Shown here: piece by piece, positions 36,236 through 46,156 of the stretch
How positions within the stretch are numbered: the stretch's first letter is position 1
Layout of the letters: each line of letters opens with the position of its first letter
Assembly: GCA_902783315.1 (NCBI GenBank)
Contig: CACZQK010000067.1
Location: 1 to 53,368, forward strand
Origin: an uncultured Erysipelotrichaceae bacterium
Lineage (GTDB): Bacteria; Bacillota_I; Bacilli_A; RF39; UBA660
Direction of reading: 5' to 3'
Length of the DNA: 53,368 nt
Notes under the pieces: model-generated
Seen by the model: the letters and a program-made list of their open reading frames with translations, nothing else
What the model was told of the DNA's origin: nothing
Database searches by the model: none
Translations under genes and position numbers: made by a program

Positions 36236-37363
36236 CTACTTATCTAAAAATAGAGCCCAATATTCTTCCAAAGTCAATTTATTTTCATAAATGTATTTTG
36301 CTGCTTTTTCACCAACATATCTTATATGCCATGGCTCATTTCTAAAACCAGTAATATTCTCACCATTTTTAGAAAAACGATAAATAAATCCAAACTCATG
36401 AGCATGCTCTTGCATCCATTTAAATTCTTTACTATTAGCAAACACAGAAACATTCTCACTACCAATATCAAAAGCAAGACCAGTCTGATGTTCTGAATAA
36501 CCAGGCTTAGCTACAAACTTATCAACATAGTTTTGACCATAAGATTCCAAATAAGTTTTTATAATATCCTCTTGATCTTGATAACTCCGATAGGCAGAAT
36601 TAATAACAATATGATAGTCCTCATCTAAAGCCTTCTGACTCATTCTTTTAAACGCTTCAAAAGCTACACGATTACATAAAAGATCATCTTCCGAAGCATA
36701 TTTTCTATCTATTTTAACTAAATTATCAGGTTCAAAATCCGAAGACAAATGATGATGTTTATTAACTAGCATAGTAAATGAAAATTCTTCTACTAAAGTA
36801 CTATCATTATAGTCTTCTTTATCCAAATCTAAATTAACAAACAGTACCGTAGTTTCTTCATCTTCTCCTGTTGCATCAGAATAAGCAATATATCTATCAT
36901 AATTATCAAGTTTAGCATAGGGAACACTAAAAAACTCTTCTAAATATTTTACTTTATCCCTTTCTATAAATCTATCAACAGAATCATCATTACCATGTGC
37001 AAGAATAATATTAATATCATTATTACTGTAACCTTTTTGTAAAAGCTGATTAATATGAGAAATCAACCTTTTATGTTTAACATAATGAATTTTACGATAA
37101 TTATCTAAATAGTTTTCATTAAAATATTTACTTTCAAAAGCTGCATTCAAAGTCTTATTTTTACCAACAGACAAAACATAATCTTTTTTAAAAGAAAATA
37201 AAATATTTTTACTTGCTTCTTTACTATACTCTAAGCTGGTAAGATCTCTTATTTGCTTACAATAAAACAAAAAAAGTCCCAAAAAAAGGCAAGCAAAAAA
37301 ACAAAACAGTTTTAGGAACCTAGAAAATTTTGGTTTTATTTTTATTTTGCTTACTTTTTTCAA
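36236..37363 (-). CDS. membrane-anchored D-alanyl-D-alanine carboxypeptidase (VanY/M15B family)
   Basis: N-terminal TM helix. The C-domain has SAYRSYQDQ, GYSEHQTGLAFD and EPWHIRYVG (Zn ligands His/Asp/His). Confidence 0.85.
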   Translation of the reverse strand: MKKVSKIKIKPKFSRFLKLFCFFACLFLGLFLFYCKQIRDLTSLEYSKEASKNILFSFKKDYVLSVGKNKTLNAAFESKYFNENYLDNYRKIHYVKHKRLISHINQLLQKGYSNNDINIILAHGNDDSVDRFIERDKVKYLEEFFSVPYAKLDNYDRYIAYSDATGEDEETTVLFVNLDLDKEDYNDSTLVEEFSFTMLVNKHHHLSSDFEPDNLVKIDRKYASEDDLLCNRVAFEAFKRMSQKALDEDYHIVINSAYRSYQDQEDIIKTYLESYGQNYVDKFVAKPGYSEHQTGLAFDIGSENVSVFANSKEFKWMQEHAHEFGFIYRFSKNGENITGFRNEPWHIRYVGEKAAKYIYENKLTLEEYWALFLDK

Positions 37364-37463
37364 TTACTACCACCCAATACAATAATAACATAAAAGATTG
37401 TAAAAAACCAGTTTGTCTGTTACAATAAATACGTTTTAATAACACAAATATAAAGAGGTTTAT

Positions 37464-38402
37464 ATGAATAAATTTAAATATTCAAATACAAATAAAAGAT
37501 ATCATACACTTGACTATTTTTATAAAAAAAAGTTTGGAGAAAAAGTTTTCAAAGTAAGTTTAAATGCCGGCTTCTCATGTCCAAACATAGATGGAACTGT
37601 AGGATATGGAGGATGCATCTACTGTTCAAAATTAGGAAGTGGAGAATTTGCTGGTAATAAAAATGATTCATTAGAAAAACAATTTATAGATATTAAAGAT
37701 AAAATGTTAAAAAAATGGCCTCACGCTAAATATATTGGCTATTTTCAAGCAAGAACAAACACATATGCACCTGTAGAAAAATTAAAAAGCATTTATGAAC
37801 CCATTCTAAGAATAGAAAATGTTGTTGGTCTAAACATTGCAACTAGACCAGATTCAATATCCGAAGAATGCTTAAGCTATTTAGAAGAATTAAATAAAAG
37901 AACATATTTAACAATCGAATTAGGATTACAAACAACAAATCCAAAAACTAGCAAAATAATTAATAGATGCCATTCTCTTAACTGCTTTGATAATATGGTT
38001 AAAAAATTAAGAGACAGAAATATCAATGTAATTGTTCATATTATAAATGGACTACCATATGAATCAAAAAAAGATATGTTAAACACAATAAAACATATAA
38101 ATAAGTTAGACATTCAAGGTATAAAAATACATATGTTAAGCGTTATAAAAAATACAAAACTTGAAAAAATATACAATAAAGAAAAATTTCACATTCTTTC
38201 AAAGGAAGAATACATTGACATTGTAATAAACCAATTAGAATTATTAAGACCAGAGATAGTAATACATAGAATTACTGGAGATCCAAAAATAGAAGAATTA
38301 ATAGAGCCTAACTGGCTTGTGAAAAAATTTTGTATTTTAAATGATATAGATAAAGAAATGGTAAAAAGAAATACCTACCAAGGAGCAAAAATAAATGAAT
38401 AA
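37464..38402 (+). CDS. TIGR01212-family radical SAM protein (YtqA-like)
   Basis: 312 aa with the cluster motif CPNIDGTVGYGGCIYCS. The overall elongator-like radical SAM layout is present. Confidence 0.8.
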   Translation: MNKFKYSNTNKRYHTLDYFYKKKFGEKVFKVSLNAGFSCPNIDGTVGYGGCIYCSKLGSGEFAGNKNDSLEKQFIDIKDKMLKKWPHAKYIGYFQARTNTYAPVEKLKSIYEPILRIENVVGLNIATRPDSISEECLSYLEELNKRTYLTIELGLQTTNPKTSKIINRCHSLNCFDNMVKKLRDRNINVIVHIINGLPYESKKDMLNTIKHINKLDIQGIKIHMLSVIKNTKLEKIYNKEKFHILSKEEYIDIVINQLELLRPEIVIHRITGDPKIEELIEPNWLVKKFCILNDIDKEMVKRNTYQGAKINE

Positions 38403-38652
38403 AATATTAATTTTAATATTAATAATAAATATACTATCTTTTTTCTTAATGGGCTTGGATAAACTTTATGCCCAAAAAAACTATTGGAGAATCGCTGAAA
38501 ACGTTTTAATTGGAATAGCAATATTAGGAGGGGCAAGCGGTTCTTTATTAGGAATGTTACTTTTCCATCACAAAACAAAAAAAAAGAAATTCCAACTTGG
38601 AATTCCCTTATGCATATTTATGAACATCTATTTCTATAGACAACTCATATAA
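38395..38652 (+). CDS. DUF1294-family small membrane protein
   Basis: 85 aa with MGLDKLYAQKNYWRIAENVL...GGASGSLLGMLLFHHKTKK. Overlaps the radical SAM gene by 8 nt. Confidence 0.7.
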   Translation: MNKILILILIINILSFFLMGLDKLYAQKNYWRIAENVLIGIAILGGASGSLLGMLLFHHKTKKKKFQLGIPLCIFMNIYFYRQLI

Positions 38653-38686
38653 AAAGTATCCGTTTAAATAACAGATACTTTTTTAT
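38651..38686 (+). terminator. hairpin terminator between convergent genes
   Basis: AAGTATCCGT-loop-ACAGATACTT followed by TTTTT. It abuts the stop codon of the SPFH gene. Confidence 0.55.
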
Positions 38687-39573
38687 TGCTCGTCTTTTTG
38701 AAATGTTTCTTTTAGAACTGTCCCCGCAGTCACTAAGCCTTGTAACTCACTTGGAACAATAATTTTAGTAGCAGATCCATTAGCAACGTTAACCATTGCT
38801 TCATAGCTCTTCAATTTTAATACAGCCTCATCCATATTAGCATCTTTTAAAAGACGTAAGCCCTGGGCAGTAGCCTCTTGAATCTTCACAATAGCTTCAG
38901 CCTCTCCTTCAGCAGCCTTAATTTTTGCTGCTTTCTCAGCATCAGCTCTTAAAATTACACTTTCTTTTTCACCTTCAGCTATTAGAATTGCTGCTTTTTT
39001 CTCACCTTCAGCCTTAAGAATTGCCTCACGACGTTCACGTTCTGCCCTCATTTGTTTTTCCATTGATTCTTGAATATCTCTAGGTGGCAAAATGTTTTTT
39101 ACCTCAACACGATTAACTTTTACACCCCAAGGATCAGTTGCCTCGTCTAAAATACTTCTCATTTTTGTATTAATAACATCACGTGAAGTAAGAGTCTCAT
39201 CTAATTCCAATTCTCCAATAATATTTCTTAATGTTGTCGCAGTCAAATTTTCAATAGCATTAACTGGATTTTCAATACCATAAGTATATAATTTTGGATC
39301 TGTTATTTGAAAATAAACAACTGTATCTATTTGCATTGTAACATTATCTTTTGTTATAACTGGTTGCGGAGCAAAATCCTTAACAATTTCCTTTAAACTT
39401 ACATTATTAGCAACTCTTTCAACAAAAGGAATTACATAATGAAGTCCTGTTTGCATAGTTCTATGGTATGCCCCTAATCTTTCAACAACATATGCTCTTG
39501 ATTGTGGAATAATTTTTATTCCTAATGCAGCAATCACTACAAGGATAATTAAAACAATTAATCCAAAGCCCAT
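38683..39573 (-). CDS. SPFH/band-7 (stomatin-like) protein
   Basis: 296 aa with an N-terminal TM helix, an SPFH core (YVVERLGAYHRTMQTGLHYVIPF) and an A/E/K-rich coiled-coil tail. Confidence 0.88.
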   Translation of the reverse strand: MGFGLIVLIILVVIAALGIKIIPQSRAYVVERLGAYHRTMQTGLHYVIPFVERVANNVSLKEIVKDFAPQPVITKDNVTMQIDTVVYFQITDPKLYTYGIENPVNAIENLTATTLRNIIGELELDETLTSRDVINTKMRSILDEATDPWGVKVNRVEVKNILPPRDIQESMEKQMRAERERREAILKAEGEKKAAILIAEGEKESVILRADAEKAAKIKAAEGEAEAIVKIQEATAQGLRLLKDANMDEAVLKLKSYEAMVNVANGSATKIIVPSELQGLVTAGTVLKETFQKDEQ

Positions 39574-39575
39574 TT

Positions 39576-39995
39576 TTATTTTTCCTCCTTCTGAACAATG
39601 AGTTTTACACCATCAATTGAAAGTATTTTTACTTTTTCACCTTCTGCAATATATTCCTTAGCTACAGCCGTCCAAACATTTCCCAAAACTTTTACCTCTC
39701 CGTACTTATCCAGCTCTATAGCTTTTGTAACTTTACCAACTTTACCAATAACTCGATCTAAATTAGTAGGAGTTACATCAAAAGATTTAAATCTTTTCAA
39801 AATTGGTTTCATAATTACCAATGCCATAATACTCGTAATTAAAAATACTGCTAACTGTATGATAACAGACTCAGTAAAAAAACTACAAACAATCGCAGCA
39901 ACTGCCCCAAAAGCAAACCAAATAGTAACCAACTCAACAGTTAGCATTTCAATAACAAGTAAAATTGCAAAAATACCAAACCAGCAAATGGCCAT
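39576..39995 (-). CDS. NfeD-family membrane protein
   Basis: 139 aa with an N-terminal TM bundle and a C-terminal OB-like segment (GKVGKVTKAIE...GEVKVLGNVWTA). It forms a canonical pair with the SPFH gene. Confidence 0.8.
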   Translation of the reverse strand: MAICWFGIFAILLVIEMLTVELVTIWFAFGAVAAIVCSFFTESVIIQLAVFLITSIMALVIMKPILKRFKSFDVTPTNLDRVIGKVGKVTKAIELDKYGEVKVLGNVWTAVAKEYIAEGEKVKILSIDGVKLIVQKEEK

Positions 39996-40061
39996 AAACT
40001 CACCTCTACTTAAATTATATGTTAAATAATTGCTATTTTCAACAAAAATAAAGTTTATTTC

Positions 40062-40090
40062 TTGTTAATATAAAAAAATTAGTTTATAAT
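40062..40090 (+). promoter_or_regulatory. candidate sigma-A promoter
   Basis: TTGTTA (40062-40067), a 17-nt spacer, then TATAAT (40085-40090), followed by a TAGGAG RBS and the ATG at 40114. Confidence 0.5.
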
Positions 40091-40113
40091 AAGATTAAGA
40101 TAGGAGTTGGCTT

Positions 40114-40893
40114 ATGAACAAAATAAGGTTCACCACAAAACAAACCCGTATACTTTCAATAACTCTAGGAATTTGGGGTGCTTTTCTAGTAATTAGTGGA
40201 ATTATAATAAATACACAAAACAAACCAATTATTCAAACCAACTATACTTTAAAAGTAGATAGAAAAAAAATTGAAATAGCTCAAGAAAAAACAAATGAAA
40301 TTAAATTAAAAGATTTAGAAATAGAAATTAATACACCAATCAGTGTAAATATAAAAGACTATTTAGAAAATGCAGACAAAATTAATGAAGAGACTTTAAA
40401 AAATTTAAAATTAGATACTTCGAGAGTTAATATTAATGAAGCAAATACTTACCAATATATAATAAATTATAAAAAGAAAAAATATATAGGAAACATAATC
40501 GTTAAACCAAAGCCTCTACCAAAAGTAACATTAACTTTAAAAGAAATTAATTTAACTATAGGAGAAGCTTTATCACTAGACAATCCAAGAGCATTTATTA
40601 AAGAAGATATTTCAGATGAAGTATATAACAATTTAATATTAGACTTTTCAAAAGTAAAGCAGAATATAGCAGGAACTTATGATTACTACATTACCTACAA
40701 TGGAATAACATATCAACAGAAAATAAATGTAAAAGAAAAAGGGCCCACAATTATTACACCAAAAGATAATAACGAATTAATTTGTCCAAATGATGCTACC
40801 AAAGAAAATGAAACTTGCGTATGCACTACAGAAGGTAAAGTATATGACAAAACAACCAACGAATGTAAAACCGAAAGTCAAAATATCTCATGA
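40114..40893 (+). CDS. membrane-anchored protein with two Ig-like repeats and a Cys-rich C-terminus
   Basis: 259 aa with one TM helix. An internal repeat is present (ANTYQYIINYKKKKYIGNIIVK versus AGTYDYYITYNGITYQQKINVK). The C-terminus is CPNDATKENETCVCTTEGKVYDKTTNECK. Confidence 0.55.
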   Translation: MNKIRFTTKQTRILSITLGIWGAFLVISGIIINTQNKPIIQTNYTLKVDRKKIEIAQEKTNEIKLKDLEIEINTPISVNIKDYLENADKINEETLKNLKLDTSRVNINEANTYQYIINYKKKKYIGNIIVKPKPLPKVTLTLKEINLTIGEALSLDNPRAFIKEDISDEVYNNLILDFSKVKQNIAGTYDYYITYNGITYQQKINVKEKGPTIITPKDNNELICPNDATKENETCVCTTEGKVYDKTTNECKTESQNIS

Positions 40894-41093
40894 AAGAGAT
40901 ATTTTTTTTGAGTAACTTTTTATAATAATAAAAATATTATAAAAAAAGTTGAAAATCTTTGAAAACTATTTTTTTAATTACTTATTTTAGTTAGATTTTA
41001 CTTTTTTTCTTTTTAAAAATTAAATATTCTATATAAAAAACAAACGTAAAAATAAAAATTATTGATTTGTAAAAGAAAATAATATTTGATAAT

Positions 41094-42539
41094 ATGAATC
41101 CCGTTAAGAAAAAAGGAGGGATTTTTATAAAAAAAATAAATATTTTCTTAATAATATTATTTACCTTTTTCATAAGTTTAAATGGAAAAGCCAAAACAGC
41201 AAATTTCTATGAAGCAGAACATATTAATGGTATTTATATGAATAAGTACAACGTTGTAGAAAAAACAATTTATTACCAAACAGCAAGATTTTTTCGCAAT
41301 AGAGAAACAAACGAATTTGCCTATTGCCTAGAGCCATTTCGCTTTTTCACAGATGGGAGCCCATATGAATCAACAATCACCCCAGATGGACTATCACCAG
41401 AACAAATTAATACCATTGCAAAAATTGCTCATTTTGGATATGGCTATAAAAATCACACAGAACCAAAATGGTATGCCATAACCCAATTGATGATCTGGAA
41501 AGTTGCCGAGCCAACCGGAGATTATTATTTTACAGACAAATTGAATGGCAATCGTATCACAGCTTATCAAGATGAAATTAATGAGATAAACAACTTAGTA
41601 CAAAATTATGCTACTTTACCAAGTTTTGCTAACAAAACCTACAATTTAGTAGAAGATAAAACTCTTATCATAGAAGATGAAAATGAAGTTTTAAGTTTAT
41701 ATACAAATGACAATTTAAAAATAGAAAACAACAAAATTAAGCTAGAAAACTTAAAAGAAGGAACTTATGAATATATATTGACTAAAAAAGAAGAATTTTA
41801 CAACAAACCTCTTATATTTTATCAATCCAATCAAAGCCAAAATCTAGTTCAAACTGGAGATATTGCAAATATAGAAACAAAATTTACAGTAAATATTCAA
41901 AAAACATACTTAGAAATTACTAAAATAGATAAAGATACATTATCAATAATTCCTAGTGGAAACGCTAGCCTTGACGGAGCAATTTATGAGCTATTTAATG
42001 AAAACAATGAAAAATTAAAAGAATTAACAATAAAAGATAATCAAAGTATTGTTGAAAACCTCGATTATGGAAACTATTACTTAAAAGAAAAAAAAGCAGG
42101 AATAGGATATAAATTAGATGAAAAAAAATATGAATTTTCAGTAACAAAAGAAAATAACAAAATCGAATTAATACTAGAAAACGAAGTAATCAAGAAAAGA
42201 ATAATTATAGAAAAAAAATATGGAGAAGACAATAATTTAAAAAATGAAAATAACATTTCCTTCATAGTTATAAATGAAAAAGAAATAATAATAGATACCA
42301 TAACAACAAATGAATTAGGTATAGCCGAAATAATATTGCCATATGGTGAATATAAAATAGTACAACAAAATACGACTGAAGGATATCAAAAAATTGATCC
42401 CATAACAATAGACGTAAAAGATGAATTAGATGAAAAAATTGAATGTAAAGATTTAAAGATTCCTGTTCCAAATACTTATACTGAAAAAGAAAAGAAATTT
42501 TGGAAATTATTAATCCAAATTTTGCTCATCATTTTATGA
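41094..42539 (+). CDS. thioester-domain (TED) surface adhesin with Cna-B-like domains and non-canonical sorting signal
   Basis: Signal peptide present. FAYC78LEP and AITQ131LMIW match the Cys and Gln thioester motifs ([YF]C[ILV][EQ] and TQxxxW). Downstream repeats are Cna-B/prealbumin-like (GTYEYILTKKE, GNYYLKEKKAGIGY, GEYKIVQQNTTEGY). The C-terminus is IPVPNTYTEKEKKFWKLLIQILLIIL. The start is uncertain: a strong AAAGGAGGG at 41113-41121 lies inside the ORF with no ATG after it. Confidence 0.7.
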   Translation: MNPVKKKGGIFIKKINIFLIILFTFFISLNGKAKTANFYEAEHINGIYMNKYNVVEKTIYYQTARFFRNRETNEFAYCLEPFRFFTDGSPYESTITPDGLSPEQINTIAKIAHFGYGYKNHTEPKWYAITQLMIWKVAEPTGDYYFTDKLNGNRITAYQDEINEINNLVQNYATLPSFANKTYNLVEDKTLIIEDENEVLSLYTNDNLKIENNKIKLENLKEGTYEYILTKKEEFYNKPLIFYQSNQSQNLVQTGDIANIETKFTVNIQKTYLEITKIDKDTLSIIPSGNASLDGAIYELFNENNEKLKELTIKDNQSIVENLDYGNYYLKEKKAGIGYKLDEKKYEFSVTKENNKIELILENEVIKKRIIIEKKYGEDNNLKNENNISFIVINEKEIIIDTITTNELGIAEIILPYGEYKIVQQNTTEGYQKIDPITIDVKDELDEKIECKDLKIPVPNTYTEKEKKFWKLLIQILLIIL

Positions 42540-43045
42540 TTAAGAAAACACTATATATTTTAACAATACTACTATTTTTACTTGTTTTTTCACTATCAAC
42601 TATAAAAATAAGCAGTGAACCAATAATAACCAATACCACAATAGTCCAAAAAGAAGAAATTGGAAAAATTATAATTAACAAAATAAATTTAAAAAGAAAT
42701 TTGTATGACATAAACAGTCCAGAAAATAATGTTGAAAAAAATATTACTATTCTAAAAGAATCTATACCGCCAACAGAAAAAGAAAGCATCATGATTTTAG
42801 CAGCACATTCTGGAACTGGGAAAATTGCTTATTTTAATGAACTAGACAAATTAGAATTAAATGATTCGATAATTCTTTTATATAAAAACAAAAAATATAT
42901 ATATATTGTAAAAAACATATGGGAAGAAGAAAAAAACGGATATATAAGTTTCAACAAAGAAAAAAGAAAACAGCTAATATTAACAACATGTAGTCCAACA
43001 AACAACAAAAAGCAACTAATAATCAGTTGCATAGAAAACATATAG
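42536..43045 (+). CDS. small sortase-family transpeptidase
   Basis: ATGA overlap with the adhesin stop. 169 aa from MIKKTLY, with a TM anchor, LAAHSG (His) and LILTTCS (TLxTC Cys). No obvious conserved Arg follows the Cys (NNKKQLIISC). Confidence 0.7.
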   Translation: MIKKTLYILTILLFLLVFSLSTIKISSEPIITNTTIVQKEEIGKIIINKINLKRNLYDINSPENNVEKNITILKESIPPTEKESIMILAAHSGTGKIAYFNELDKLELNDSIILLYKNKKYIYIVKNIWEEEKNGYISFNKEKRKQLILTTCSPTNNKKQLIISCIENI

Positions 43046-43071
43046 CAAAAAGTAGACAATGTCTACTTTTT
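43046..43071. terminator. bidirectional hairpin terminator
   Basis: AAAAAGTAGAC-AAT-GTCTACTTTTT, located between convergent genes. Confidence 0.7.
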
Positions 43072-43083
43072 CTAGTCATTACT

Positions 43084-43617
43084 TTAATTTAAAATATTCT
43101 TAATATCTTCTTCGCCTTGTCTATAATCTATTACTTTTCCATCTTGAAATCTAATCAAGGTTGGACCATTAATTAATAAATCATCCACTCCATTCGGACT
43201 TCTATTAGATTCTTCATTAGTTGAATGGTTTTTATTAAGACCATCTCCCATATCAACATAATAAATAGGAAGAGCATCTTCTTTTACTTTATAATTAGTA
43301 ACAAGTTCATTATAAATAGAAGAAGTATCTGTATTACTAGAATCATAATAAATAACATAATAATCATCGTCATTCATAGAAAAACTTCTACCTAAAAGAA
43401 TCTTATCATAAGAAATACTCTTTTCTTGACTTTCATTTACTTTATTATCTGTATTAATATTAGAATCTTTATTAACAATATAAATAGTCAACAAATAAAA
43501 AGCAACAAATAAAATAAGAACCACTAAAATAATAACAACTTTCCCTTTTACTCCTAAATTTAACGCATTATCATTATAATAATTTTCTTTTCCCTTTTGC
43601 CCTGACTTTTTTTTCAT
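43084..43617 (-). CDS. membrane-anchored hypothetical protein
   Basis: 177 aa with one TM helix. The extracytoplasmic domain has no CxxC or other motif I can assign. Confidence 0.5.
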   Translation of the reverse strand: MKKKSGQKGKENYYNDNALNLGVKGKVVIILVVLILFVAFYLLTIYIVNKDSNINTDNKVNESQEKSISYDKILLGRSFSMNDDDYYVIYYDSSNTDTSSIYNELVTNYKVKEDALPIYYVDMGDGLNKNHSTNEESNRSPNGVDDLLINGPTLIRFQDGKVIDYRQGEEDIKNILN

Positions 43618-43664
43618 CTAACTCACCCAAAAAAATTATAACACAAAATAGGAAAAGAAATCCA

Positions 43665-44657
43665 TTATTTCATTGAAACAATACCTGTTATTGATTGAGC
43701 AACTTCAATCATTTCATCTTTTGACATAACATCACTAACAATATAAAACTCTATTCCTCCACTAGACCATGAAAGTGAATTGTTAGTTATAACTCCTAAA
43801 GTATCCATTAATTGATAAGGTTCTCCTAATGTTGGTATAACAGTAAATTCTTGAAAAACATCAGCTGTCTCCTCAACTAATACAAAAGACTTTTCACCAT
43901 CATAATTCATGATAACACGCTGCCCATCATTTTTTTTAACTTTTTCCTCATTAACTAATTTGGTACCTTCAGGAACAAATAATGGATAAATAACATCCTC
44001 TAAACTAGATTTTTTGCTCATTTTATCTGAAGATTCTGTATCTATTATTTTCTCTATTTCAAACTCATCCTTAGCCATATTAGGAGAAAACTTTATTTTA
44101 TCAAATGTCATAACCATAATTTCTACACCGTTTTTGTCATAAACAATTGCTTTTCTTGGACACCCATTTTGATTAAAAATTATTTTTTGATTAACTAATT
44201 TTGAATTATTTGGATATTTTACCTTTGTTTGAAATATATATTGATTTTTACTCTTTTCAAATGTATAATCTTTATCTACTTTTAAATCATGAAAAAGAGC
44301 ATCTAATAAATATATTTGAGAGTTTTGATATGGCCAATCACTTTGAAAGCGAAAACTTTTATTCAAAGAAGGAGTAAGAACGTATACGCCATTTTTATTC
44401 TTCAATATAACTTGAGTGTGTTGATTTGCTATATTGGTAAGAATAACTTTATAAAAATTATTCTTCTTATAATACACTTCAACATCATAATTATATATTT
44501 CATCATTATTATTAATAGATAAATCCCCTTTTAAATAATAACCCGTACTATTCTCAAGTTTTTTAGAAAACTCCTTTATAATATCTTTTTGAGTACTTTT
44601 TCCACAACCACTAAACAAAATACAGCCTAAAATTAACAATAAAAATACTTTTTTCAT
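43665..44657 (-). CDS. lipoprotein, possibly LolA-fold/DUF4367-like
   Basis: Lipobox ILFSGC|G. 330 aa and beta-rich. The family assignment is tentative. Confidence 0.55.
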   Translation of the reverse strand: MKKVFLLLILGCILFSGCGKSTQKDIIKEFSKKLENSTGYYLKGDLSINNNDEIYNYDVEVYYKKNNFYKVILTNIANQHTQVILKNKNGVYVLTPSLNKSFRFQSDWPYQNSQIYLLDALFHDLKVDKDYTFEKSKNQYIFQTKVKYPNNSKLVNQKIIFNQNGCPRKAIVYDKNGVEIMVMTFDKIKFSPNMAKDEFEIEKIIDTESSDKMSKKSSLEDVIYPLFVPEGTKLVNEEKVKKNDGQRVIMNYDGEKSFVLVEETADVFQEFTVIPTLGEPYQLMDTLGVITNNSLSWSSGGIEFYIVSDVMSKDEMIEVAQSITGIVSMK

Positions 44658-44709
44658 ATTATCCCTCTATTCCAGTAAAAATTTATGCTAAAAACAAAAA
44701 TATATACCA

Positions 44710-44748
44710 AAAAAAGTAGAACACAATTACATTATTGTGTCTACTTTT
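44710..44748 (-). terminator. rho-independent terminator of cdaA-cdaR
   Basis: Minus strand reads AGTAGACACAAT-loop-ATTGTGTTCTACT followed by TTTTTT. Confidence 0.65.
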
Positions 44749-44785
44749 ACTTTATTTCAATAATAGCTTACTATCTTTTTATTTA

Positions 44786-46156
44786 CTATTTTTCAGAAAT
44801 ACGAACTTTTACCTTTTTCGTTTTAGAAGTATAAGAAAGTTTTAAATCTGATCCAGTGACCTTTACTTCAACTTCATATTCACCAACACCATAGTTTTTC
44901 AAATCAATATAAGCAGTAATATCAGATGCAGTAATATTATTAATAGCCTCCTCGCTACCTTTAACAACAACCGTAACTTGACGATCATCTTCCGACAATG
45001 CTTGGACTTTCAAATTACTATCCAAATTCTCAGAACTTACTGAAATATTTTCAAATTCCTTACTAGATGAATTATCTATAATAACTTTAACAGTCATTGT
45101 TTTAGAACTTAGTTCCGTAATACCTTTAGGTTTTTTTAAAGTTACATTAAATTCTTTATCTTTATCCAATCCTTTTACATCGATTTCCACTTCTAATTGT
45201 TGGATTTCATCAATAGCCTCTTGAGAACCATAAACAGTGACCTTTGACAGACTTGTTTCCATAGACTTTATCGATTTTCCAAAAGCTAAAGAACCATTTG
45301 GTACAACCCGAACAGGAATTTCCTTACTTGGAGATGTAATTGTTACTGTTGCTGTAACCGTCTTAGGAACAATTTCAACATCTAAAATTTTTCCGTCATT
45401 GTCATAAGCAACAAGGGGAATATCTTTCACAGTAATATCTCCAGCTGTTGGATTTGGAATATTTTGAACATCTAATAAAGCCTTCACAGAAGCAACTTGA
45501 TTTATCTTATACTGAGCACCCTTAATAATTACATCAGTACGATCAATTTCAACATTACTAATATATAGTTTACTATCTAAGCTTTCCTGGTGTAATACAT
45601 CATAAGTTAAAGATCTGTTTTCACTTACCTTCTCATAGATTGTTACTGTTACTTGAGAAGGATCTAATTTATAGTCTAAAGATTTTAATTGTTGCGTATA
45701 TTTTAAGGTAACCTTATGATTTCCTGGTTTTAATCCAGTTAAATCAACACTTACACTTTTAGAAGGAGACTGCTTTGCTAAGAATATATGTCTTCTTTGT
45801 CCAATCAACGTGATATCAACCGTCTTTGGTAACCCTTCCACAACATACAATTCTTCATTATAAACAGCAGAAACTGGTCGATCATATAAGATTTCTGCAT
45901 ATTGATCAATCATAATATTAGACTCACGATCAATTACAATAAAAGTTAAAAATGCTAATATTAAACTAACCATTAACAAAGTTGACTTTTTTCCAGAAAT
46001 CGTATCAAAAGATTTTACTAAACGTTTCCCAAACTCCATCAATTTTAATATTATTCTCGTAAGGGGAGTAATTAACCACCGATCAAAGAATAGCCCCATA
46101 CGTTTAAAATTACCTGTTATAAAATTACCTATTCTCTTCATATATCTCTTCCTCAT
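44786..46156 (-). CDS. cdaR: CdaA regulatory protein CdaR (YbbR-domain repeats)
   Basis: 456 aa with an N-terminal TM helix and four beta-rich YbbR-like repeats. It overlaps and follows cdaA. Confidence 0.8.
   Translation of the reverse strand: MRKRYMKRIGNFITGNFKRMGLFFDRWLITPLTRIILKLMEFGKRLVKSFDTISGKKSTLLMVSLILAFLTFIVIDRESNIMIDQYAEILYDRPVSAVYNEELYVVEGLPKTVDITLIGQRRHIFLAKQSPSKSVSVDLTGLKPGNHKVTLKYTQQLKSLDYKLDPSQVTVTIYEKVSENRSLTYDVLHQESLDSKLYISNVEIDRTDVIIKGAQYKINQVASVKALLDVQNIPNPTAGDITVKDIPLVAYDNDGKILDVEIVPKTVTATVTITSPSKEIPVRVVPNGSLAFGKSIKSMETSLSKVTVYGSQEAIDEIQQLEVEIDVKGLDKDKEFNVTLKKPKGITELSSKTMTVKVIIDNSSSKEFENISVSSENLDSNLKVQALSEDDRQVTVVVKGSEEAINNITASDITAYIDLKNYGVGEYEVEVKVTGSDLKLSYTSKTKKVKVRISEK

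Noticed and set aside
40991-41194. 67-aa minus-strand ORF overlapping the adhesin start and promoter region
   Set aside because: It is an F/I/K-rich product of an AT-rich intergenic region, has no RBS, and overlaps the signal-peptide coding part of the adhesin.
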